Positions 19,778 to 28,060 of a stretch of 64,000 bases of DNA are shown piece by piece. The DNA is from Candidatus Iainarchaeum sp. (GTDB taxonomy: Archaea > Iainarchaeota > Iainarchaeia > Iainarchaeales > 1-14-0-10-31-34), in the NCBI GenBank assembly GCA_040755695.1, contig JBFMAK010000001.1, forward strand, positions 128,637-192,636, given 5' to 3'. Position 1 is the stretch's first letter. Every line of letters begins with the position of its first letter. Below the pieces are notes generated by a model, which saw nothing but the letters and a program-made list of their open reading frames with translations, was not told the DNA's origin and did no database searches. The position numbers and the translations under genes are program-made.

Positions 19778-20878
19778 ATGGTAGCCAGAGCAACAGCAGA
19801 CCTTCCCCTGCATCCGGGGAAATGCCCTAAATGGCTTTTCTGGAGAATGAAAGAACTGTCAGGAGCAATAGCAGAAATAATTGTATTCGAATACGGAGAA
19901 AGAGAATTCCTTGAGCGAATATCAAACCCTTTCTTTTTCCAGGCATTAGGCTGCGTGATAGGATTCGATTTCCATTCAAGCGGCCTCACAACCACAACCT
20001 GCGGCGCGCTAACAGAGGCCCTGCGAGAAAGAGAATTAGGGGTCATGCCAGCAGGAGGGAAAGGCTCTGCCTCCAAAAAAACCCCTGCCCAAATAAAACA
20101 AAAAGGCATTCAATTGAATTTCCCTGAAAACAAAATCCTTGAATTAATCCAGGCAAGCAAGCTCAGCGCAAAAGTGGACTCCTGCTTAGTGCAGGACTCC
20201 TTCAACTTATACCATCATTCATTCTTCTTCTCGGAAAAAGGAGACTGGGCAGTAATACAGCAGGGGCTTAACCCTGAAAGCAGTTATGCGAGAAGATACC
20301 ACTGGAACTCTAATTATGTAGAAGAATTTGATTTTGAGCCCCACACTGCAATCTGCTGCAATTTAAAGAAAGAGCAGACATTAAATCTGACAGCAAAAGA
20401 AAGCCAGGAAAACAAAAAAATTTCTTTAGACCTGGCAAGAGAGCCAACCCAAAAGCTGAGAAAAGAATTCAATTCCATTGTAACAGGAGAGCAGAGGAAT
20501 TTATTCAACTGGAATTCAGAGAAAAAAGAAAAATACTTGTTCATGCCCCGCTCAGTTAACTGGAGTGCTCTTGAAGAAGCCTATGAAATCCAGCCCAAAA
20601 ACTTTTCTGAGCTAATTCTAATTAAAGGATTGAGCGCAAAGACAGTGCGCGCCCTAAGCTTAATATCTGAATTGGTCTACGGAGAGGAAGCATCATGGAA
20701 GGATCCAGTGAAGTATTCTTTCTGTGTGGGAGGCAAAGACGGGGTGCCTTTCTTCATAGACCGCAGATTTTATGATGGCACAATAGAATTAATAGAGGAC
20801 GCAGTAAAGCAGACCAAACTAGGCGACCACGAAAAAATGGAAGCAATAAAAAGAATGAAGCAATTCTGGCAGGAATGA
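19778..20878 (+). CDS. DUF763 family protein
   Basis: ADLPLHPGKCPKWLF, GFDFHSSGLTT, LYHH, QQG, RRYHW, DPVKYSFCVGGKDGVP. Confidence 0.9.
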   Translation: MVARATADLPLHPGKCPKWLFWRMKELSGAIAEIIVFEYGEREFLERISNPFFFQALGCVIGFDFHSSGLTTTTCGALTEALRERELGVMPAGGKGSASKKTPAQIKQKGIQLNFPENKILELIQASKLSAKVDSCLVQDSFNLYHHSFFFSEKGDWAVIQQGLNPESSYARRYHWNSNYVEEFDFEPHTAICCNLKKEQTLNLTAKESQENKKISLDLAREPTQKLRKEFNSIVTGEQRNLFNWNSEKKEKYLFMPRSVNWSALEEAYEIQPKNFSELILIKGLSAKTVRALSLISELVYGEEASWKDPVKYSFCVGGKDGVPFFIDRRFYDGTIELIEDAVKQTKLGDHEKMEAIKRMKQFWQE

Positions 20879-20880
20879 TT

Positions 20881-21708
20881 TCATGCCCTGACCTTTCTCG
20901 GCAAAAATTTCTTTAAAAGAATTCTTATTTTTTTTTCTTTTTTTGGTATTTTTAAATCTCTGGGGATTTCTTCTATTTTCCATTCTTGCTTTTCTTTGTT
21001 CCACCGAAACGAGTGAATATGCTTTAATCCCTTTTCTGTAAATATCCATCTGAAACTTTTTTCATATAGTTTTAATACCCTTTTTCTAGTTTTTGGTTTT
21101 TGTATCATTTTTTTTATTCCTGCGTGGCCTGCGCCATATTGAATTAATATTACAGGTTTTCTTTTGAGTTTTTGTGCTAATTTTGGCGCAATAATTTCTT
21201 CAACTGCATCAGCAGCCAATGCATTTACAAGCGCAACAGAGGTTGTTGGTATTAAATTACTTAAAAAAGAAGTTATGTTCACTAAAGGTTTTCTTAGTTT
21301 TATCTTTCCTTTAATAGCCAAAGGAAATGATACAATTGGGGTAATGATATTCCCTAACCCAATCATTGCAAGGCTTGTTAGCCCGATCTTTTTATTTTCT
21401 ATGATATTATTAATTAGCTTAGAAGCTCCAAGAAAAGTTAAAGCATCCCCCGATAATAACTCTCCCCTAATTATCGTATGACCAGTGGGTATCTTAATAG
21501 GGTCTACTATAAAAAAATCAATATTTTTTTCAATTAATTTTTTTTCTTCACGCGCAAATCTTTCGTCTGCAAGAAATTCTAATGGTTCACTATGCCATTC
21601 TTTAATGTGTATGTCAAATTCATGAGGAACTTTTTCCCATCGCTTTGAATGCTTTTCTAACACTAAAATATACTTCGCATTCTCTGTTTCAAAAGGAATC
21701 CAGCCCAT
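20881..21708 (-). CDS. Hypothetical membrane-associated protein
   Basis: 275-aa ORF abutting the rnz stop; YGAGH motif; K/R-rich C-terminus. Confidence 0.65.
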   Translation of the reverse strand: MGWIPFETENAKYILVLEKHSKRWEKVPHEFDIHIKEWHSEPLEFLADERFAREEKKLIEKNIDFFIVDPIKIPTGHTIIRGELLSGDALTFLGASKLINNIIENKKIGLTSLAMIGLGNIITPIVSFPLAIKGKIKLRKPLVNITSFLSNLIPTTSVALVNALAADAVEEIIAPKLAQKLKRKPVILIQYGAGHAGIKKMIQKPKTRKRVLKLYEKSFRWIFTEKGLKHIHSFRWNKEKQEWKIEEIPRDLKIPKKEKKIRILLKKFLPRKVRA

Positions 21709-22638
21709 TTACAATTCAAACTCCATTAAGTCTTCTGATACAATGGAATTAGCGAAAACCTGCCTTGCCTCTGTCTCGAACTTCCTTGGGTCTTTATGCC
21801 TTGGAGAAAGATGGAATAAAACCAGCTTCTTCACTTTTGCTTTTTCTGCTATTCCTGCGGCCTGCATTGCAGTGCAATGGAAGGTATGCTTTGCCCTCTT
21901 CTTCATTTCCTCCAAAAAAGAGGATTCATGGAACAATAAATCGCTGTGCTCTATTGCTTTAACGTAATGGCTTGAAGGCAGGGTGTCGCAAATTACTGCA
22001 ATCTTTTTTCCTATCTTCTTATTTTTTGAGTCAAGCACTTGCTCTGGCTTAATTCTTCTTCCTTTAAATTCAATTGTTTTTCCTTTCTGGAGTTCCCCCC
22101 ATAAAGGGCCTTCAGGTATGCCTAAAGCCTGTGCCTTCTCCCTCAAGAATTTTCCCTGTGAATCCCTTTCCTTGAAGATGTAACCATAGCAGGGAATGTC
22201 ATGATTAAGCCTTACTGCAGAAACAATAAAGTTTTCTTCATTCAATAAAACGCCTTCCCTTACCTCGATTGCCTTGAGCTCGAAATTCACTTTAAGCAGG
22301 CTCAATTCAATTGCCTTCTTTACTTTCTCTTTCACTCCTTTCGGGCCGAAAATGAATAAAGGTGAATCCCTTTGATGCATTGACATTGTGGCAATCAATC
22401 CAGGTAACCCTAAAATGTGGTCTCCGTGAAAATGGCTTAAAAAGATTGCGTGAACCTTCATGTAAGACACTTTTGCTTTCATCATCTGCCTTTGAGTGCC
22501 TTCCGGACAATCAAACAAGTAATTCAATCCATTGAAATTAATGTTAATTGCACTCAAGTTCCTGTCCTTTGTTGGAGTGCTGCAGCTTGAACCCAATACT
22601 GTTGCCTTCAATTCCTTCGCCTTCCTAATAAAAACCAA
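21709..22638 (-). CDS. rnz: Ribonuclease Z
   Basis: FDCPEGTQRQ, SHFHGDHILG, GIPEGP exosite, DT, HES, H, HLSPR. Confidence 0.95.
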   Translation of the reverse strand: MVFIRKAKELKATVLGSSCSTPTKDRNLSAININFNGLNYLFDCPEGTQRQMMKAKVSYMKVHAIFLSHFHGDHILGLPGLIATMSMHQRDSPLFIFGPKGVKEKVKKAIELSLLKVNFELKAIEVREGVLLNEENFIVSAVRLNHDIPCYGYIFKERDSQGKFLREKAQALGIPEGPLWGELQKGKTIEFKGRRIKPEQVLDSKNKKIGKKIAVICDTLPSSHYVKAIEHSDLLFHESSFLEEMKKRAKHTFHCTAMQAAGIAEKAKVKKLVLFHLSPRHKDPRKFETEARQVFANSIVSEDLMEFEL

Positions 22639-22725
22639 ATCAATTTAAAATTATTCTTGCAATAAATTATTATAATACAGTATAATTTAAAACATCTTTT
22701 TTTAATAAAAATTGAGGGCTCACAA

Positions 22726-25134
22726 ATGGCTGAAAGAAGAGATGATGCATTGAATTTCAATTCAACTGCAGAGCTTAAGGTGTCAGAAAAACTAGTAGAC
22801 CAAGTAATAGGACAGGACAATTCAGTTGAGATAGTGAAGAAGGCTGCAGCGCAGAAGAGAAACATGCTTTTAGTAGGCCTTCCAGGCACAGGGAAATGTT
22901 TGACTGCTGATACTGAATTGCTTCTCGGAGATGGTTTAATTATTTCCTGCGAAGAGTTATACCCCCAACTTTATGATGCATCAGAAGTAGAATCAAAAAA
23001 TGAAAAAATGGTTGTTTTGAAAGTATCAAATCTTTCACCTAATGTTTCTTCTTTGGTCAAAGGCGCGAAGGAAAAATTTTGGATTAGAGATTCAAGATTG
23101 TTAAGAATCAGCAAAGAAAAATTTTCCGGGGATATTCTTTTAATTAAAACAGCGTCAGGTAGAAAAATTAAGGTTACAGAAAATCACAAACTTCTATCAG
23201 TTGATGAAAATGGTTTTCTGTTAAAAAAAGCTAAAGAATTAAGCAGTAGGGATCATTTAGCTGTTCCAAGCAAATTGACTTTGTTGGATGAAAAGCCTAC
23301 TGAAACAAATGTTTTATTGCCTTTACCTCCAGAAGGAATTTTTAAAAAAATTAAGGTTCCAACTAAACTAACAATAGAAATGGCAGCATGGCTTGGGCAC
23401 TTGATTGCAGAAGGCAGTTTTTGCAGGAATCAGATAAGATTCACTTCCGCTGAACAACATAAAAGAGAGTTTTTTAAGGAATTAACAGAGCGGATTTTTG
23501 ATATTAAACCTTATATGAAAGGAAAAGATGTTTTCATTAATAGCGTTGAACTATTAACTTATTTGCGTGAGATTCTAAGAATAAAAACTACAAATGCAAG
23601 AAACAAAGAAATTCCAGTTATTATAATGCGAGCCCCTCTACGAATAATTAAGTCATTTTTAGCGAGATTATTTGCAGATGACGGTTCATTTTATAGAAAT
23701 TGTGTGGAGTTGGCTTGTAGCAATGAAAAAATGGCTTCTCAAATTCTTTATTTATTGCTTCATTTTGGCATTGTAGCAAGATTAAAAGAAAAAAAAGATT
23801 CTAAAACAAAGTGGACCTATTACAGAATTTTTATTCAAGGAGAATTTCTTGATGATTTCATGAAGAAAATTGGTTTTGTTAATAGAAAAAAATTTGGAAA
23901 ATTGCAGAAATATATCTCAGAAAAAAAGTTTAATACAAATGTTGATATAATCCCTTTTGTTGGAAAACTGATTAAGCGGGCACGGTTGGCGAGGTCTTTA
24001 ACAGTTGACAATTTCAGTCCCATTAATTCAAGCATGATTTGCAGGTATGAAAATGGAAAAAGAAATCCAAGCAAGAAAGCTCTCATAAAAATTGTAAATG
24101 TTTTAGATAAAAGATTGCCTTTGAAAGAAGATGACTGCTTACCCTTACTAAAAACTCTTGCTTTTTCAAATATATTTTGGGATAAAATTATTGAAGTAAA
24201 GGAAGTTAACTATGAGGGATATGTTTATGATATAGAAATTGAAGCTGATAGTCATGTCTTTGTTGCAGGTTTTGGTGGTTTGTTTTCACATAATTCAATG
24301 CTTGCGCAGGCAATGGCAGAAATTCTTCCTGTAAGCGAATTGCACGACATTCTAATTTACCCTAACAGGAGCGACCCAAACAATCCAAGGGTGAGAGAGG
24401 TAAAAGCAGGCGAAGGAAAAAAGATTGTGCAGAAAGCAAGAATGGAGTCAAGGGCAAAGGAAGACAACGCAAGATTCATGGGATTCATTCTGCCATTAGG
24501 ATTCTTTATTATAGCAGGCTTTATGTGGAGGCCTTTGAACTGGATTCCGGATGTAGTGTATGCTGCGACATTAATTTTAGGCGGCTTTCTAATGATTGGA
24601 TTTGCTTTAGGCAGCCAGATGAGAATGCGCTCTGGAACAGGAGGAGCACCAAAACTATTGGTTGACAATTCAGGGAAAAAGACTGCTCCATTCACTGAAG
24701 GCACTGGGGCACGAGCAGGAGCACTGCTTGGTGATGTGCGTCATGATCCACTTCAATCGTTTATTGACGAAAATAAATTAGTTGTTAAAAGTAATGGTTT
24801 TTCAGATGTTTTGAGCTTTGAATCACTGTGGAAAATGATGACTAAAAAATACCCTGAACTAATAGAAAAGCATGAAAATGGGTATGAAGCAATTGTTTTT
24901 CCTGAAAATGAAAAAGTATTCACTGTAGGCTTTAAAGACGGGAAAGTTGTTGAATCAAGGATTCTTTCCATAAATAGGAAACCCTATGATGGCGAGGTTA
25001 TAGAAATTTCAGCTGAAAACTCAAAACTTACAGTTACCCCTGAACATAAAATTTTTACTGGTTTTAAAAGCAAAGAAGCTGAAAAAATTTTAAAAAACGA
25101 CAATTTGATTAAATTGGTCAGTAAAAAAAGCTGA
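22726..25134 (+). CDS. lonB: Archaeal Lon protease (LonB) fragment 1: extein 1, cis intein 1, extein 2 (TM hairpin), N-half of split intein 2
   Basis: DQVIGQ, GLPGTGK|intein|SMLAQAMAE, two TM helices, GALLGDVRHDPLQ then Hint N-terminal sequence ending in TGA. Confidence 0.93.
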   Translation: MAERRDDALNFNSTAELKVSEKLVDQVIGQDNSVEIVKKAAAQKRNMLLVGLPGTGKCLTADTELLLGDGLIISCEELYPQLYDASEVESKNEKMVVLKVSNLSPNVSSLVKGAKEKFWIRDSRLLRISKEKFSGDILLIKTASGRKIKVTENHKLLSVDENGFLLKKAKELSSRDHLAVPSKLTLLDEKPTETNVLLPLPPEGIFKKIKVPTKLTIEMAAWLGHLIAEGSFCRNQIRFTSAEQHKREFFKELTERIFDIKPYMKGKDVFINSVELLTYLREILRIKTTNARNKEIPVIIMRAPLRIIKSFLARLFADDGSFYRNCVELACSNEKMASQILYLLLHFGIVARLKEKKDSKTKWTYYRIFIQGEFLDDFMKKIGFVNRKKFGKLQKYISEKKFNTNVDIIPFVGKLIKRARLARSLTVDNFSPINSSMICRYENGKRNPSKKALIKIVNVLDKRLPLKEDDCLPLLKTLAFSNIFWDKIIEVKEVNYEGYVYDIEIEADSHVFVAGFGGLFSHNSMLAQAMAEILPVSELHDILIYPNRSDPNNPRVREVKAGEGKKIVQKARMESRAKEDNARFMGFILPLGFFIIAGFMWRPLNWIPDVVYAATLILGGFLMIGFALGSQMRMRSGTGGAPKLLVDNSGKKTAPFTEGTGARAGALLGDVRHDPLQSFIDENKLVVKSNGFSDVLSFESLWKMMTKKYPELIEKHENGYEAIVFPENEKVFTVGFKDGKVVESRILSINRKPYDGEVIEISAENSKLTVTPEHKIFTGFKSKEAEKILKNDNLIKLVSKKS
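22897..24294 (+). mobile_element. Cis intein 1 (466 aa) in the Lon Walker A motif, with LAGLIDADG endonuclease and XRE-like HTH
   Basis: Starts CLTADT; block B VTENHKL; LGHLIAEG and LARLFADDG; ends VYDIEI...FSHN followed by Ser. Confidence 0.93.
24757..25131 (+). mobile_element. Split intein 2, N-half (125 aa, Ser1, no endonuclease)
   Basis: Begins SFIDENKLVV right after DPLQ; block B VTPEHKIF; ORF stops without F/G blocks. Confidence 0.85.
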
Positions 25135-25176
25135 CTACTGCAAGTTTGTTTCAGAGCCTGTTTGTACCATAATCAA

Positions 25177-25184
25177 TTTAAATA
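25177..25184 (+). promoter_or_regulatory. Putative TATA box (TTTAAATA) for the cargo gene
   Basis: Begins 28 nt upstream of ATG 25205, the spacing expected for an archaeal leaderless transcript. Confidence 0.4.
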
Positions 25185-25204
25185 ATTTGAATGGCAGTTT
25201 ATGT

Positions 25205-25888
25205 ATGAGTTTTCTGTTTACGCATGAATGGATTGCAAAGTTAGTCTTAGGGAAGCTTAAAAAGAAAGCATTAATTTCAAACTATAATAATATTGATGAC
25301 TATTTCTTTGGGGCTATTGCCCCTGACATAAGGTACATAAATAATTCATCCAGAACACTAACACACGAGATTGAAGGAAAGTATTCAATATTTGAAACTT
25401 CTAAAAAGAATAAATACTCAAAGGCGTTTCTTGCAGGATTTGAAACCCATTTGGTTGTTGATGACGCTTGGTCTAATAGGGAGAAATGGTTGGATGAAAG
25501 CATTTATGAATTTTACAGTGTTAATGCAAACAACCTTGCTCAAAAATTTGCTTTGTATTTTCTTGTCGATGATTATTTTCAGAGCGAGGCTTACTGGTTT
25601 TTTCCTTTTGAATGCGCTGGCAATATTTTCCGTGCTAACGATTTGCAGCTCTTAATTGATTTAGGCTTTAATCATAAAGATATTTTATTGTATAAATCTT
25701 TGGCGGCCGTTTATATGAGAGAGCCCGGCATAGACACAATGAATATTTTTAATTTTGTTCCGGGAAAATTAGATGAAATTTTGATTAGAACAATATTGGA
25801 ACAAAAATCTACGTTAACATCGTTCTTAAAAGAATTCAAAAAAATTTCAGTAGAAAAAAGTCTGACTTTTTTGGAGAGCCATTTATGA
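25205..25888 (+). CDS. Zinc-dependent phospholipase C / P1-nuclease-like protein lying inside split intein 2
   Basis: N-terminal THEWIA, FGAIAPDI, TH, GFETHLVVD match the Zn_dep_PLPC metal-ligand pattern. Confidence 0.75.
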   Translation: MSFLFTHEWIAKLVLGKLKKKALISNYNNIDDYFFGAIAPDIRYINNSSRTLTHEIEGKYSIFETSKKNKYSKAFLAGFETHLVVDDAWSNREKWLDESIYEFYSVNANNLAQKFALYFLVDDYFQSEAYWFFPFECAGNIFRANDLQLLIDLGFNHKDILLYKSLAAVYMREPGIDTMNIFNFVPGKLDEILIRTILEQKSTLTSFLKEFKKISVEKSLTFLESHL

Positions 25889-25998
25889 GCCCTAAAATGA
25901 AAATAATTCTTGCAATAGCTTTGGTTAGTGCTACAATATATATCTACCTATTTATCAGCCTTATGATTTTTTCATTCAATTTGGTTTTAGCTGAATAA
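25885..25998 (+). CDS. 37-aa single-TM peptide, translationally coupled to the cargo gene
   Basis: ATGA overlap, ggagag upstream; [37 protein letters not shown]. Confidence 0.5.
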   Translation: MSPKMKIILAIALVSATIYIYLFISLMIFSFNLVLAE

Positions 25999-26057
25999 AA
26001 TTGCATGTTAACACTAACTATTTTAACCTTTTTCAATTAATATTTTTTCATGATGCT

Positions 26058-26180
26058 ATGAAAGAAAAAAATTTAAAGAGGGTTTTTCCCAAAATTTCAC
26101 GAAGAAAATTTCAAGGCCACGTATACAATGTTACAACCGAAACAGGAAACTTGTTTGTAGAAAATGTACTTGTTCACAAT
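26058..26180 (+). mobile_element. Split intein 2, C-half (41 aa)
   Basis: Block [13 protein letters not shown], block G VLVHN, +1 residue Ser. Confidence 0.88.
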
Positions 26181-27941
26181 TCAGGCGGCCTTGGAACGCC
26201 CCCTCATCTTAGAGTAGAGCCAGGGCTAATTCACAAGGTTTCAGGGGGCGTCTTGTTCTTAGATGAAATTGCAACCCTCTCACCAAAAGCACAGCAGGAG
26301 CTCCTTACAGCAATGCAGGAGAAAAAATATTCTATTACAGGCCAAAGCGAATTAAGTTCTGGTGCGATGACTAAAACGGATCCTGTGCCCTGCTTTCCGG
26401 CAGAAACCTGTTTGCTGACTGCCAAAGGAAATGTAAGCATGGGGGCATTTATTGATTCAATTTTATCTAAAAATTATGATAGAGTTGCTGTAGAGAATGG
26501 AGTGGAGGTTTTTGATTTGGATGAAAAAGAGACTATTATTACTTATTCAAATAGTAAAATTATTCCTTCAAATGCAGAAAGAGTTTATAGACGTAAATAT
26601 TCTGGAAAGGTTCTAAAAATTAAATTTGATGATGGAACTGAATTAATTGCTACCCCTGATCATCCAATAAAAACAGTTAATGGTTTTGTAAAAGCAAAAG
26701 ATTTGAAGGTTAATGATGTTATTGAAGCAACGGGGGATCTCGTAATAATTGATGAAAAAGCAATTGTCAACACCTATTGTAAGGATAACCAGAGAATTGC
26801 TAACACATTTAATAAGTGGATAGCTTCAGGCAAAAAACTTTCAGCTAAAGAGTTAGGTGTTGATTATAAAACAATTTTTTCATGGAAAAAAGGTTCCATA
26901 CCGCGTGCACTTAAAAGTGTCAATCAACTCAACAGAAAAAAACTTTTACCGTTAAACCTTAATGATGAGAGAGTGCCTAAGATAGCCAGGGTTGTTGGAG
27001 CCCTGTTTGGCGACGGCGGAATAGATGGCAGAAGACTTTCAAGAGTATATTTCTCTACAGATTCAAACAGTATGGATGATTTAAATGAATTTAAGAATGA
27101 TATTCTATCAATATTTGGAGAGGAAATTAATTCAGCAATAACCATTAAAAAAATTACTTCTAAGGGAGGGAGTGGCTTGGATTTATCTATTAATAATTCG
27201 TCCGTTGCCCGTTTTTTCTATGCTCTGGGTGTTCCAAAAGGAGATAAAGTTTCGCAGTCCTTTACAGTACCTTTCTGGGTTAAATTATCAGACAAACTAA
27301 AGAAAGAATTCTTTTCAGCTTTGCTTTGTTGTGAATTATATGGAAATATTAGAAGCAGTCAAGATACTATTTCCTTTGTTATGGCTAAATTAAAGAAATT
27401 TGAGAAAGAACACATTGAGTTCTTGAATGAAATTAGAAATTTTTTATTAAAAAACAGAGTTGAAGTGAAAGAAGTAGAACAGGACAAAGAATATTTTAAA
27501 GCTAAAGGATTACCTAACCCCGAGACTGCTGGGGCTTACTTGTTTAAACTAAATTCAGGTTATAAAAATATAATTCAATTAGCTGACATTATTAACTTTT
27601 ACTATGCAAAAAACAAAAAATCAGCTATACCCAACGTAGTGAAGAATGGTAAAATATTTATAGAGTCTCAGAAACACCTAGATAGTTTAAAGGAAGAAGC
27701 ATTGATGTTGAGAAATGCTGGAAAGACCATTCGTATAATAGCAAAAGAAACGGGATTGTGTAAAAATACTGTCTGGAAAATAGTTGGAAAGACATACAAC
27801 AAATATTCCAAATTAGACAGAAAAAGAGTTTTTGGTTTATTGGGTAAAGGTATAATACCAAAAATTGTTGCCAAAAAACTTGAAATTCCTTATACTACTG
27901 TTCTTTATTGGAAGAATAATTATTTTAGTGAGGAGTCATGA
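26058..27941 (+). CDS. lonB: LonB fragment 2: C-half of intein 2, 70-aa extein 3 (Walker B), N-half of split intein 3
   Basis: ...[35 protein letters not shown]...LFLDEI...[11 protein letters not shown]; start ATG 26058 preferred over TTG 26001. Confidence 0.9.
   Translation: MKEKNLKRVFPKISRRKFQGHVYNVTTETGNLFVENVLVHNSGGLGTPPHLRVEPGLIHKVSGGVLFLDEIATLSPKAQQELLTAMQEKKYSITGQSELSSGAMTKTDPVPCFPAETCLLTAKGNVSMGAFIDSILSKNYDRVAVENGVEVFDLDEKETIITYSNSKIIPSNAERVYRRKYSGKVLKIKFDDGTELIATPDHPIKTVNGFVKAKDLKVNDVIEATGDLVIIDEKAIVNTYCKDNQRIANTFNKWIASGKKLSAKELGVDYKTIFSWKKGSIPRALKSVNQLNRKKLLPLNLNDERVPKIARVVGALFGDGGIDGRRLSRVYFSTDSNSMDDLNEFKNDILSIFGEEINSAITIKKITSKGGSGLDLSINNSSVARFFYALGVPKGDKVSQSFTVPFWVKLSDKLKKEFFSALLCCELYGNIRSSQDTISFVMAKLKKFEKEHIEFLNEIRNFLLKNRVEVKEVEQDKEYFKAKGLPNPETAGAYLFKLNSGYKNIIQLADIINFYYAKNKKSAIPNVVKNGKIFIESQKHLDSLKEEALMLRNAGKTIRIIAKETGLCKNTVWKIVGKTYNKYSKLDRKRVFGLLGKGIIPKIVAKKLEIPYTTVLYWKNNYFSEES
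26391..27938 (+). mobile_element. Split intein 3, N-half (516 aa) with LAGLIDADG endonuclease and C-terminal HTH motifs
   Basis: CFPAET start, ATPDHPI block [10 protein letters not shown] motif; no F/G block before the stop. Confidence 0.88.
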
Positions 27942-28060
27942 TGTTTTCCAAGATTACTAAAAAGATTACAGGTATTGAAGAAAGAGATTTCAATGGTTAT
28001 GTGTACAATATAAAAACAGAAACAGGAACTTATATTGCCAATTCAATTGTCGTTCATAAT
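27938..28060 (+). mobile_element. Split intein 3, C-half (41 aa)
   Basis: [20 protein letters not shown], +1 residue Cys; ATGA overlap and gtgaggag SD. Confidence 0.88.

Noticed and set aside
25132..25185. TGA read-through as a way to make intein 2 contiguous
   Set aside because: Read-through adds only 16 residues (LLQVCFRACLYHNQFK) before TAA and does not reach IntC2; TGA terminates many genes in this window.
27920..27945. Simple frameshift or sequencing error splitting intein 3
   Set aside because: The downstream frame has a stop three codons before its ATG, there is no homopolymer at the junction, and an SD plus ATGA overlap is present. Not fully excluded without reads.
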